Positions 43,893 to 59,016 of a stretch of 64,000 bases of DNA are shown here, piece after piece (positions within the stretch are counted from its first letter, which is position 1; every line of letters starts with the position of its first letter). The notes below the pieces were generated by a model. The model saw only the letters and a program-made list of their open reading frames with translations, ran no database searches and was not told where the DNA came from. A program made the position numbers and the translations under genes. The DNA is from Eledone cirrhosa. Taxonomy: Eukaryota. The stretch spans positions 177,258,001-177,322,000 of the forward strand of contig OZ024742.1 of NCBI GenBank assembly GCA_964016885.1, read 5' to 3'.

Positions 43893-44008
43893 CGTGTGTG
43901 TGTGTGGGGTGGGGGGGGGTTGTGTGTACACATATATATATATATATCCAAAATTAAAGGTAAATTAATAGTAAATTAAGGGTGTCATGTCAGAGAGACA
44001 TGCGCCAT

Positions 44009-44230
44009 TCCTTTTCGATCGATTTTCGTCAAATCCGACCGAGGAAACAATGTTTCTGTTGGTCTTTCCAGTTGCTAATACTATATATCGGTCGCAAATC
44101 CAGGTAGAAGCAGCAACGTGAAATAAAGTGTCTACTTCAAGGACATAACACCTTGCCCGGTCCAGGAATCGAACCGACAACCTCACGATTGCGAATTCAG
44201 TTCTCTAACCAATCAGCCACACACCTTCAC
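44009..44230 (-). mobile_element. tRNA-derived SINE (family S1) with an 11-bp TSD
   Basis: A-box TGGCTGATTGG, B-box GGTTCGATTCC. TSD acatgcgccat at 43998-44008 and 44231-44241. An empty-site paralog lies at ~44401-44440. Confidence 0.9.
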
Positions 44231-44255
44231 ACATGCGCCATATCCACTGTAAAAT

Positions 44256-44848
44256 ATCGCGCCAACTTCGTCCCAGTGGCGTGAATAGGATTATCGACAA
44301 CTAGAAATAGCAGTCAAGTCCTTTCAACTGAGTTAGCTCTACAATTAAAGGGCCGTATTTATATATATCCAAAATTTAAATTAAATTAAGGGTATCATGT
44401 CAGAGAGACATGCGCCATATTCACTGTAAAATATGCGCCAAGATTCCAGTGGATAGATCAAAGCATTTTATATCAACATTTTATATCAATTTATAAGGTA
44501 CGTATTTTTGAAGTTCTAGTTAAAATTTCATTAGTTACCCACATAGATGTGTGTGCTTACACAATTTTACAGATTATCCCCTGTGATTGTTTATTTTATA
44601 TATATATATATTTCAATCAATTTCTAGTTGATATAAAAAGCTCGGATCTATTCATTGGAATCTTGGAGCATATTTTACAGTTGATATGGTGCATGTCTCT
44701 CTGACATGACACACTTAATATAATTTAAATTTTGGATATATATAAATAAAGCCCCTTAATGTTAGAGCTAACTCAGTTGAAAGGACTTGACTGCTATTTC
44801 TAGTCGTCGATAACCCTATTCGCGCCACTGGAACGAAGCTGGCGCGAT
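44256..44848. repeat. Inverted repeat with ~220-bp arms (44256-44477 / 44627-44848)
   Basis: ctagaaatagcagtcaagtcctttcaactgagttagctct / agagctaactcagttgaaaggacttgactgctatttctag. Confidence 0.85.
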
Positions 44849-45015
44849 GGTTGAACGTCCGAAAGTATATACTTTCCTTATGAAATTTCGTTTCATTCTA
44901 TTCCATTTATCGTTTTTGGTGCGCCTGGCCGACTGAACTCACTCGATATGCAAATTAGGCTTCTCAGCCGTTAATTTTCATAAGGAAAGTATATACTTTC
45001 GGACGTTCAACCATC
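44846..45015. repeat. 170-bp element with perfect 40-bp terminal inverted repeats (MITE-like)
   Basis: gatggttgaacgtccgaaagtatatactttccttatgaaa / tttcataaggaaagtatatactttcggacgttcaaccatc. Confidence 0.75.
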
Positions 45016-45346
45016 TGGCAGAAAGGTATACGGTGCTGACGATAGCTAATAAGCTTGAAACTAGTACATCGTTCCTGTGTCAGTGTTGAACAAAAAGGTG
45101 ACGTGGTTGCCTAAACACTGTACGGCGTAATTCAGTCTGTTTGTTTGTTTACAAACGAACAAACCGAGCATTATAATAAATGTTCGGTAAACTGATATGT
45201 GCATATATATATGTGTGCCTGTATGTATATATATACATGCTACTGTACGTCTGTATACATATATGTATGTACGTATACATACATACTTACATTTAAGTAA
45301 GTGCCGTACTAAGAGTGAGAAATGAAATTTCGTTTCATTCTATTCC

Positions 45347-45391
<45 letters not shown>

Positions 45392-45394
<3 letters not shown>

Positions 45395-46176
45395 TATTTT
45401 CCGTAGTGTTGTAATATAAATATTACACAAAGTAGATGGACAGCTCACGTAGAGTTTGCTCGACGGTTCCAGTTGTAGTTCCAAAAGTAATCCGGAGAAA
45501 AATAGAAGGATTTTAATGGATACAGTTTAGTTAAAAGGAATTTATTGACACGTGTTTCTATAACAGTTACATAACCTGAAAACAGCTGCTATCTACAAAG
45601 TATTAGTTATGCATACATTCAATATTTCAATGTTATTATCAACTGTCATTTCATCGGAATAATTTTACTGAGGACCTGTTTGGTTTTTATAGAGAATATT
45701 AGGAGGGAGGGGTGAAGTTGTTAGAAGAATAGTTGAGGGAGTGGTTTTTTGATAGCAGTGATCATTTTTGGTGGCAGTGAGTAATTAGATTCCCATCTGT
45801 TGTTTTGACATTTTTATAGAATATATTATTGGTTATTTTTCTAAATCTATAGAAGGTTAGAGATAGTATAGATATGCGTGGTTGGTTTTGTGTTTGCACT
45901 TAATTAACATTCAGACTTAAATTTTTCTTTCAAGTGTACGTATCCTTTCGTCCACGCATTCATACACAAACATATATGCACACCTCTACAAAATAGATAT
46001 ACTCACATACACATACTTACATGCTCATACTTACATACATATACACATGCATACATATATATATACACATATATACATGTACATACATACGCGTTCATGT
46101 GTATACATTTTCATACTCAACTTTTCTTTATATACACACGTATAGACACACACATATATACACACATACTCCAGTC

Positions 46177-46215
<39 letters not shown>

Positions 46216-48698
46216 ACTTTAATACATGAATGCACTTACATCTAACTATACACATCAAACATATATATATATTTACTTATTTATATTCATTTTCACATAT
46301 ATATACATACTTATGGTCGCTTTTAGACACATTCATTATAGCATATTTGCACCTATTCTCATCAGCATATCTTTCCATTATTAGTGTGGTAATTTAAGGT
46401 TATTAATATACATATATATGTTGAGAAGAGATTGTTTTTATATTTTTCTAACTAGATTGAGGTTTATATAGTTGGGGGGTTGTCCCTCTTTTATGTAATA
46501 TTCAGCTTGTAGTGGGAAAAAAGGGTTTTAGTTCGGTGACGGCAGAATAATGTTCGTTCAATTCTGTTATTCAGCAATTTCCTCTTGTGTGTGATTATGT
46601 AATAGATCTCAAGATTACACAATTTGCAGAAATTTTGGCTCCTGGAAAAGCTTTGGGTTTTAGCTAATTTCTCCCATTTTATGGTAAACTTTTGATCGCT
46701 ATCCCTGAGCGTCCAAGCTTTTTCTGCTAAAGTTGTTACATTTCTTTGGCTCTGGTGTTTTATTGAGTAAGAATGCCTATATAATCGAGATTTAAACGAT
46801 GTTGCCGTTGATCCCACGTAATACCACTCGTTGCCTCCGGATTTAATGGTACACTTATAAATAATATTTTTTTCCAGGCAGTTATTGCCGAGGGGGCAGT
46901 TGTTAGGATAGGTGCAGTGACAGTTGTGTTCGTTGGGTTTTCTCTGGAGTAGTATTGCGGACGAACTTAGGTGTGGTTTATTTATGTTCTGTAGTGTATT
47001 GTCTACTGTTTTTTTTGTGTTCTTTGTACTTAAGTGTTTAGTGTTTTCGTTTAACCTTCTAGTATTGATCTTTTTATGTGTTGTTCAAGGTTTAACGCTG
47101 TAGAGTATGACAGTCTTATAGTGGTAGGGTTTAGGATTTTGTGGTATTTGTGTGATGTAGGAAAATGTCTCTTAATTATTTTAAAGAAGAGTACTGGTAA
47201 ATTTGTACTAATGGAACTATTGTATTCAGGGTTATACCATAAGTACTCTTTGCATCGCTTTCTATTAGTTTTGTTTGTTGGTTTACTGGTGTGTATACTA
47301 TGGTAGTAAGTGTGGTTTGGTGTTGTGTTATTATATCTACCTATGTGGGATTTATTTTGGGTGTTTTGATTGTTCTCATCTATATACTCTATTTTGTTGA
47401 GGTAGCCTGCTTTACTAAGGGCGTTATCGTAGTACTCGGCGTGTTCCTTAAATACTTGTATGTTAGAAGATAGACCCGAGATTCTAAGGGAACTATTTTT
47501 AGGGATAGATTTAATTATAGAGATGGGGTGGTTAGAACCAACATTTACGTACTTGAGATTTTCATTCAATTTATGAAACGGTTTAATCAGACCAGAGTTT
47601 AAATTGAGTGTGACATCCAGGAAGTTAATTACTTTAAGGTTGTATTCATATGTTATATTTAGTCCTATTTCGAGTAGTAGTTTTCTTATATCTTTGCGTA
47701 GGTTTTCTAGTTTTTGGTTATTTAGGTTTTTAACTAGGAGGAGAACATCGTCGCAGTATATTCCGCCGTGGATATTGCTGAATTATTCCTGGAGTCTAAA
47801 GGCGATAAATAACCCCACAATATCAGTTATTTCCGCCGAATCGTTAGAGCCCATTGTTATGTCAAAGTTAGAGGGTCTATCTTTACGTACCCAATAACTG
47901 TTCTCAAATTTGACTATAGTTTTCCTAGCTTCTAATATAATCTTAATGTCATCGTTTGTAAGGTCAGACTTATCCTTAGCAAACTTAATGGCTCTATTCA
48001 AAGTTTTAGGTGATATCGATGAGTAATATTCGTCGATATCAAACTGGATAAACTTAGATTTATTCTTATTGCTAATGCTATTAAACCATCTTATTGCTTC
48101 TTGGGTCTTCCCCCAGAGTTTAATGTTAACCTTAGCCTTAATTTGAGGGATGATTCTATCTAAGATATATTTGCTTATTTTACTTATATCTGATTTAGAG
48201 GGGCAGATTAATCTAATTTTGGTCCTTAAGATTGAAGGTGGGTGCCGCTGGTAAGAGTGGTCCTGTCCTATCTTCGATCCCGAGATTTTTCACTATTTCG
48301 CATGCCTCATCATTGATGTGCTTAAGAGTTACTTCATTCGTTTTTCTATATTTTTTATGTAATTCTTTTCGAATGAAGTTGTTGTATGTAGTGCAGTCCA
48401 TACTATACAGGTTTGATGTTTTGTCCGCTTTTACTACAATTCCTTTGGTGTTTTTAAGGTCGTCCAGTAGTTTTTTGATATCTTTCTGTAATTTGTTGTT
48501 GGTGTTACGTCCTTTGAATTTAATTTTAAGGATTAAGTCCATAAGGTCCTGCTCAAATGCATCTAATAGTGGGTTGGTGGGTGGGTTTTTACACGTTCTA
48601 AAACCAAATTTGTAGATAGCAGCTGTTTTCAGGCTATGTAACTGTTATAGAAACACGTGTCAATAAATTCCTTTTAACTAAACTGTATCCATTAAAAT

Positions 48699-48702
<4 letters not shown>
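45392..48702 (-). mobile_element. Penelope-like element (RT + GIY-YIG, frameshifted) with 3' pLTR and an inverted 94-bp pLTR piece at the 5' truncation
   Basis: VKADKTSNLY, FIQFDIDEYYSSI, FDITMGSNDSAE, YCDD, INFLDVTLNL, SNHP, WYNP, CHC...CPLGNNC, IIYKC...YVGST. 45506-45599 is the reverse complement of 48609-48702. Confidence 0.93.
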
Positions 48703-48786
<84 letters not shown>

Positions 48787-48811
48787 ATTTATATATATTT
48801 ATATATATATA

Positions 48812-48888
<77 letters not shown>

Positions 48889-49225
48889 GGTATATATATA
48901 AATTAGACAAACCCGTAGATACATATATGTGTTTGGCAACCATTTACGGTGTGACTCCATGAAGAATTAATTAAATAATTATTTATCAGTACATTTTTAA
49001 ACTTATAGCCCCGTTTAAATGATATTTTGTGTTATTAATTTATACTGATTGGGAGAGGAAATACTGTATATATTTTATCTAATGATTCTTTGGACTTACA
49101 TGTATATATATATATATATATATAGTGAAAAATGGAACGGGAACAAAACAGAGAGGCAGTACAAACAAAGTGTTATTAGTTTCACACTATTGAGGGTGGG
49201 ATATACATTAATCAGTATACACTGA

Positions 49226-49519
49226 GGATGAAAAACTCAGAGCTGTATGGGAGCCTCCCAAAAATCAGCTCAAAAGTGACACAGAGGAGACTGAGGTTGG
49301 CTGGACATGCTCACCGACATCCAGAGTTGACATTGCACTCAGTGCTCCTTTGGGAGCCCCTACATGGACACACTGGAAGAGGAAGACCAAGGTTAACATA
49401 TGTTGATGCCCTAAGGACAGACACTGGTCTGTTGGAGACGCAGGACATGGCAGCGATAATGAGGGACAGAGACCGCTGGAGAGAACTCGTCCATGGATCT
49501 CGGGAATTTTACCCGCCTT

Positions 49520-49521
<2 letters not shown>
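49226..49521 (+). mobile_element. RTE-clade LINE 3' fragment
   Basis: RRLRLAGHAHRHPE...LLWEP...GRGRPRLTYVD. Its 3' end is near-identical to 62464-62595. Confidence 0.85.
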
Positions 49522-49586
<65 letters not shown>

Positions 49587-49916
49587 TATATAGGAGATGA
49601 GCAAATTGTGTAAAATACCAGTTTCTAAACAATTGTGAAGAAGCTCGATATATTAACCCTTTGGGAAAGGACACAGAGCATACGTTTTTTTTAAATTATA
49701 TATATACAATGCCGGTGGAACTGAGGGGTGTGCATGCCATCCTTCCGATAAGTATATTTTCTCCCCAAACTAACAAAACACATCTCTAATTGGATATTCG
49801 CTACAATTTATGTACATGTTTTCTGACCATTTTAGAGTGCAATGTGCTAAACTAATCTCTATAACTAAATTGTCCAAATTTCTCGACCCCCTATTTCATA
49901 AATTCTTCTACCACTT

Positions 49917-49979
<63 letters not shown>

Positions 49980-50086
49980 ATATATATGTTTACATGCCAA
50001 CACAAGAGCAAGAATGAAGGATTCATTCTACTGACATGGCTTTAAAAATGTGGCTTGTTTGCATAATTGCAAACGAATCGCATGTT

Positions 50087-50278
50087 TGGTGGAATTGCAG
50101 TACCGGTAGATGGTCAAACGGCATGCTTTGATGCATAGAGTTACGGCTCTGGGCAATGCTGAGTTCAAAATTCCGCCGAGGTTAACTTTTCCTTTCATCT
50201 TTACGGGATCGATAAAATAAAGTACCAGTAATGCACTGGTTAATTGCTGGCCTTGTGACAAAAGTAGAAAACATTATT
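50087..50278 (+). mobile_element. tRNA-derived SINE (family S2)
   Basis: gagttcaaa..ccgccgaggttaac..cctttcatc..gatcgataaaataaagtaccag..ggccttgtg.caaaagtagaa. Confidence 0.75.
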
Positions 50279-50329
50279 AATATTCTAAAACCTCAGATTA
50301 CATATATTGTATTCAGCTATCTAGAGCGA

Positions 50330-50366
<37 letters not shown>

Positions 50367-50992
50367 TATATATGACACTGTGTTGCATAGAAACAAAACA
50401 CTTCTAAACAGTAATTTTTTTTATATAATATTTTTTTCCTGAATATTTATAACACGGTTACTGTATTACGTACGAACGTACGTTCTCTGAATTCGGTAGA
50501 ATATTTTTCTGATATCGTTTTACAAGTATTAATATATGTTAATAATTCAATATCTCTGGTTGATAACATGAAACAATTTAAAACTTCCATTTCAATTACT
50601 GAATATAAAACAATTTTAAATGAATTACAATAAATGATACACAAAAATTAAATCACGTATGAATTAAGAAACGATTCAAAATGTATTTTGCACTAAGATT
50701 TATTAGTTAACGATATAAACAAGACAACATTTATATTGTGTCAAGTTTTTGTTTTATTGTTAAAATAAGATTTTTTTTAAATTCGATATTGTCTAACGGA
50801 AATAAATATTTCTACAATAATATCAATATGTTAATATATTTAATATGGATGGGTGTGTGTGCCTGATGTGAGCGAGTGAGAGAGACAGAGACAGAGACAT
50901 ATTCAGAGAGAGAGAGAGAAGGAGAGAGAGAGAGAAAGATATGGATATATGGATATATATATATATATAGATACATATATATATATACATAC

Positions 50993-51073
<81 letters not shown>

Positions 51074-51292
51074 CATGTATATATATATATGTATATATGT
51101 ATATATGTATATATATATATGTATATATATGTATATATATAAGTATATATATATATATGTATATATATATATGTATTACTGTCATTTCTATAATATGAAG
51201 AGGGTGTTTAACTCCAACACACTCTAGTATTTTAATTCTTATATATATATATATATATACATATATACATATATAAATGTATATATGCATAC

Positions 51293-51502
<210 letters not shown>

Positions 51503-51709
51503 TGAGAGTGTAATTATTGAAATAAAGCAATCGATCTTTTGTTCTGAATTAACATATTAGCTAAAGCACAACCTGTCACGTAATCAAATATATTGTTAAA
51601 AACATACATGCCTCACACGTACAGGTACGCACACACAGATTATATATAGTCAAGGTTTGTGGGAAAATCATCGAGGCCTAAATGTAATACGTTTATTAAT
51701 AATTACATT

Positions 51710-51902
51710 TTTGAAGGGCGGTGGGTTGGCAGTATCAGTAGAGGGGCGGGCGCCATGCTTTGACGCAAAGAGTTACGGCCCTTGCTATTCTGAGTTCAAA
51801 TCCGGCCGAGGTTAACTTTGCCTTTCATCCTTACGGGGTCTATAAAGTAAAGTACCTGTAATGCACTGGGTAATTGCTGGCCTTGTGCCAAAAGTAGAAA
51901 CA
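51710..51902 (+). mobile_element. tRNA-derived SINE (family S2, Meta-domain-like body) with a 15-bp TSD
   Basis: A-box tggcagtatcag, B-box gagttcaaatcc. TSD attaataattacatt at 51695-51709 and 51903-51917. Confidence 0.85.
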
Positions 51903-51924
51903 ATTAATAATTACATTGCAGTAC

Positions 51925-53605
<1,681 letters not shown>

Positions 53606-53689
53606 TTATATATATATATGTATGTATGTGTGTATGTATGTATGTATGTATGTATATTGGTATTAGGTTCACGCTTGAGAGTGTATGTA

Positions 53690-56600
53690 TGTATGTATAT
53701 TCTTCTGGTTTTATAATTTCACAAAGTTTTACCAATACAGGGAGAGAGTCGGTTTCTAACATAGACACAAGACTCTCTCATTGGAATTTACACATCAACT
53801 AGGTAGATATGTATGTATGCATGCATGTGTAGATATGGATGTTATTGTATGTGTGGATGTGGATGTTTTGAGTTGTATGTGTGCATGTGTATATGCTTTG
53901 TATCTTTAAATGTGTATATGCAGTTAGTAGATGCAAATTGTTTGGAATGTTTTACATATTTTTACTGTTCCATTAATGGATTGTACTTGTAATTTCCTAA
54001 CTAGTTGTGTTCTTTCTGTTCCTGTGAAGCCTAGCTTCTCAAGATTTGTATTGAGGCAGTTACTAACATACCGCAGTGCCCCAATAATCACAGGCATAAA
54101 TCTGAAGGTGTAATCAGGGTGGAGTATCTGCAGATTTCTCATCAGTTCTGCATAAATATTCTCCTTTTCACTAATCTTTGATATTATATTGGCATCTGCC
54201 GGGCAGCTAATTTCCACTACTGTGCATGTTTTCTCCTCCCTGTCCCATATTATAATATCTGGTCTGTTATGCCTGCATTTTATTGGGGTTTTTACTGGAA
54301 CATTCCACCAGTACTCTTTCATATTATGTACATGGATGTCTTCCACATTGTTCTAGCTTTTAATGTGTTTATTATCGGGGCTATCTTTTTTACGAACTGC
54401 ATTGTACAGTGTTTTGGACACTACATCATGCCTCATAGTTTGATAGTACCGCGATGACATCTTTGGACAGCTGCTGTGACAATGGGTGATGATATCCTCG
54501 ATGTTAGTTCTGCAGAGTCTGCACTTGTTATCACATCTAGGTGTTTTGCCTGCATCTCTATCTCTTTTGTGAATCAGGTATTTCGTGCTAATCTCCTGTT
54601 CTTGAATTGCAAAAGCGTATCCTTCAAAGTGGGAACCAATATAGCGGTTGTTGGGCCAAGATAGACTACTTTCCTTATCTATATTACTCTCACTTTGGAG
54701 CTTCCTGGCAACATATCCATGCATGTTTTTTGCTGATAGGCATGCATTTTTTCATCCAAGGATTCACTGCGATACTGCTGAGCGACATCCCTGGTTGTGA
54801 GTTTTTTATTATTACACAGGGAATATCCCTCAAAGAGTTCCTTCCCAACTCTCATGATCTTACCTGTTTCATGCAGATAGACTTGCTCGAGAAGCGGGCT
54901 CCTACGCTTCGAGGTTCGTAGATGTTGTCGGAGAGATATGATGCGACATTCAAATGTTGTCTGGACTGATGTTAGGCCTCTGCCTCCTGCTTACGTTTCA
55001 AGTAAAGACGGTCTATGTCACTGTTGATGTGGAAGTTTCCGGTGTTGTTCAGTATTTTTCGAGTTCCAACATCAACTGATCTGATTTCATCTATCGTCCA
55101 ATTGAGTATTCCAAACGTTGGTGTTAGGACAGGCACATCAAACACATTGTGAGCCACTGTTTTGTTTTGCGCAGAGAGTTCCGATGACCAGATCTTTCTT
55201 AATCGGGTTTAGTATTCCCTGGTTACGCGTTCTTTATTACAGATACCATTATAGGATATGTTCTCATCTATCCCCAGATATCTGTAGCAGTTCTCATCCG
55301 ATATCGGTGAAACAGTTAGACCATTGATGACAATGTTGCTAGATTGGCTTGTTCTTTTTCCACGCTTTGCAGTCATGTATGAGCATTTATCCTGGCCAAA
55401 CTCCATTCCTATATCCTTTGTGAACGTTGTAAAAAGGTCAAGATTTTTCTTCATCCCATCCATGTTCTTGGCATAGAGTTTCAGATCGTCCACAAAGAAG
55501 TTATGGGTAAGCTTCATATTTCTGTCCTCCTGTGAGCCAATGACGTATCCCTCACATTTCTTGAGCAGAAAGGACGAGGGCTTTAATGACAAGATGAAAA
55601 ATATCACAGAGAGACTGTCCCCCTGAAATATACCCCTGCAATATTTTATTTTATCAGTGAAAATAGAGTCCTCCCTCTCTGTCTTTAACCTTAGGATAGT
55701 AGCCCAAGAAGAAGACAGCCTCTCTATAGCTCTGACAATAATGTCTGGGACTTTAGCAAGTTGGAGGGCCTCTATCATCCAATAGTGGGGAACAGAATTG
55801 AAAGCTTTCTTGTAGTCCAGCCAGACTGTAGTCATATTCCTCCTAAGTTGTCGCACCTCCGACATCGCAGTTTTGTTGATTAGGAGTTGTTCAGCACATC
55901 CCCAAACCCTTTTATTTCCAGCTGTATGTTCATCTGTGATGATGTTATTATTTTCATAGTGATCTTGGAGGAATAGGTTCAGGCTGTATACATCTTATAC
56001 ATCAGGTTCTGGCATGCAATGGGTCGGTATTTGTTTGCCAAGTGGGTGTCTTTGTTCTTGGGGACCAGTAACGTTTGTGCTAATGTCAACCATTCTGGTA
56101 TAAGTGTATCTCCCTTAAGAACTTGTTGGTAGAAGTCAGTAAGATACCTCCGATAGAATATCAGTTTTTTGTACCAGTAGCCGACAATCATGTCTCTTCC
56201 TGGTGTTTTCTTACCTTGGAGTTTTCCTATCACAGACTCAAGGGTACCCTCACTTATTTCATATGTTTTTGTTGTAGTGTAGGAGCAATAGTTCTTTCGG
56301 ATTTCTCTTAGCCACACTGCATCTTGGTTGAAATTCTTCTTTTCACCCCATATTTTTCTCCAAAAGGAATCTATGTCTTTCTGGGATGGGGCCTCAGTGA
56401 CATTTATTATTTTGCCCTTCATATCTCTATAGACTGATGTTTGATTTCGTCTGAATCTTTTATTAAGCATTTTTCTCTCATCTACCTTCTTCAGGTATCG
56501 GCGTTTTTCGCTAACAGCTCTCAATTCTTGTTTGAGGTTGATCAGCTTATATTGGAGAATTCTGATTCTACTGTTACCAAACATCGTCTCTATTTTATTT

Positions 56601-57835
56601 TTCACTCTTTGTTGGTGAGGAGTAAGGTTTTTTTTGTGTTTGTTTGCATGTAAGGAGCATTACCACATGTCCTATGTTTTTTCGTAGGTCAGCACTCTTT
56701 TTTTCTATTTTAGTTATATATGATGGTATTTTTGGTGGTGTTTTGTTCTTGTTAATATCTCTGCTATCACCAAGATAATGCTTCACTGTCATTGCTAAGG
56801 CATATAAACAGGCGTTGATTTGCCAAAATGTTGGGGTTTTTATCCGTAATTTATCCGTTTTTATCCGTAAATTTTCATCCCCTATTTCGTCAATAACACG
56901 TAGTATTTCATTATTTGGCTTTTTATTCACCATTGTCATTTTAACATGTTCAGCCAGAGAGATATTTATACATGAGTTAATTTCTCTCTGGAATATTTCG
57001 TTGAGGGAAATTTTCAATTGTTTATACTTTTGATTATCATTATCGATAGTATTTTCCACAACAATCGAGGTAGACTCGGATGGTATACGTGGTGTCACAT
57101 TTATTCGATTATTATTATTATTTCCTCGATTATTATTATTATCGATAGTGTTTTCCCCAGCATTCGAGGTAGACTTAGATGGTACACGTTGTGTCAAATT
57201 TCTTACAGGCATAGTTGTTTCAAGGCGCTGTTCGACCTGGCTGCTAGGAAGTCTAGTAGCATGGCGAATGTAGCACGTGTTGTTGATTTCATGTTTGTTG
57301 TGGGCGACTTACAATTAATAATATTTATCTTATTTTTACGTTCAACAAACGTCGCTTGTTGGCGTAATTGTTTTGCTGTGAAATAATTTAGCTCTGCGTG
57401 CATTTCGTCCCAGTGTAGCTTCATTCTATTCATATAGCCAATGGAGGGATTGTTTTTTGCCATTTTATAACAATTAAATAAATCATTATTAAGTTCGCAA
57501 CTCCAAGAGAAATGTGATTTATAATTTCGGTTTCTTCTGTAGCTACAACTGAATAAAATGTGATTACCTTCTTTGTTATTTGTCTTTGATACTTCCTTAA
57601 TTTTCTTGTTGATGTTGTGTTCAGCCATGCTGTTTGTAGCGTGTAAAATGAATTGTGTATTTAGTCGGATATCTCTACGAATTCGAATAAAATGGGTCTT
57701 CAGAAGGGATAGTTAGAAGAATAACCAGTTATTCAACCTGGCTGTAGTTGTGGCATTACTGTCGGAGATAGTATTCATCTTAAATTTAATAAATAGTCTC
57801 CCACGCCAAAATATGCGACTGATCGCGTTGACTGT
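53690..57835 (-). mobile_element. R4/Dong-clade non-LTR retrotransposon (RT + CCHC + restriction-like endonuclease), near full length, frameshifted
   Basis: N-term GYMNRMKLHW, KTPGRD, YRPIAC, WLDYKKAFNSVPH, GIFQGDSLS, FVDDLKLY, CRLC...HCHSSC...RHD, NRPDIIIWD...VVEISCP (PD-(D/E)xK). Flanked by (TATG)n. Confidence 0.92.
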
Positions 57836-57862
57836 ATGTATGTATGTATGTATGTATATATG

Positions 57863-58884
57863 TCAGGTCACCAGTTGGTGCTACTGGTAACATGTATCCC
57901 AGTACAACCTGCCTCATGGCCGGGTCGTTGGCGACTAAACTGGCAACCCCACCAAGGTTTCATGGTGAGGTGGGTAACTTTGGACATCCTGCAGGACTAA
58001 AAACAAAACCTGTCAAAGGGCAAATGAGCTCTTAAGAGTCAATGGCCATCCAAAATCACCGGGAGAGATGACCCCTTAGCCTTTGTCAAGGCAGAATTCT
58101 AGGAGAAGGAAAACTCTGATATAACACCTGCAACCCTGATGGTATCCAATGATGTTGACTTGTTCTTCTTTTTGGTAAATATCATCTTGGTTAAGAGAGT
58201 GGGACTGGCTATGTGCAGTGCCGTGCTCACTATAAAAGCTTCACGGCACAGGCATTGCTTTATATCTGGAGATCTCTCTGCACTTGTCGTCACATGATAC
58301 CATGGGCCCAGCACTATGTGCCAATAATTGTCACAGGTATAGTGTTTGTACCAGAGTTTTCAAGTCGCTGGCTGGACTAAAAAGTCACACTCGTTCAGCG
58401 CATCGGTAGGGGTTCTCCTACATGGATATAAAGTAGTGGCCGTACTCGAAAACGAGTTGGCAGCCACCATGTATGTATGCATGCATGTATGTATGTATGT
58501 ATGTATGTATTCTAGGAGAAGGAAAACTCTGATATAACACCTGCAACCCTGATGGTATCCAATGATGTTGACTTGTTCTTCTTTTTGGTAAATATCATCT
58601 TGGTTAAGAGAGTGGGACTGGCTTTGTGCAGTGCCTTTACTCACTATAAAAGCTTCACGGCACAGGCATTGCTTTATATCTGGAGATCTCTCTGCACTTG
58701 TCATCACATGGTACCATGGGCCCAGCACTATGTGTCAATGATTGTCACAAGTATAGTGTTTGTACCAGTGTTTTCAAGTCGCTGGCTGGACTAAAAAGTC
58801 ACACTCCTTCAGCGCATCGGTAGGTGTTCTCCTACATGGATATAAAGTAGTGGCCGTACTCGAAAACGAGTTGGCAGCCACCAT
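57863..58884 (+). mobile_element. Non-autonomous RTE-derived bipartite element (5'UTR-like + 3' end) with tandemly duplicated 3' module (58097-58470 / 58509-58884), each followed by (TATG)n
   Basis: ctaggagaaggaaaactctg is an RTE 5'UTR-like motif. The module encodes a last finger CTRVFKSLAGLKSHTRSAH*. Its 3' stem-loop ggccgtactcgaaaacgagttggcagccacc resembles the RTE end at 39233-39266. Confidence 0.7.
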
Positions 58885-59016
58885 GTATGTATGTATGTAT
58901 GTATGTATGTATGTATGTATGTATGTATGTATGTATGTATGTATGTATGTACATATAACCACTGGCAAACACACAAACACATACATACATGCATATTTAT
59001 ATATATATATATAAGT

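Noticed and set aside
46491-46930. Selenocysteine-recoding (Naiad-Sec type) PLE
   Set aside because: Conserved Cys positions in the GIY-YIG regions here and at 7739 and 36420 are TGC/TGT, not TGA.
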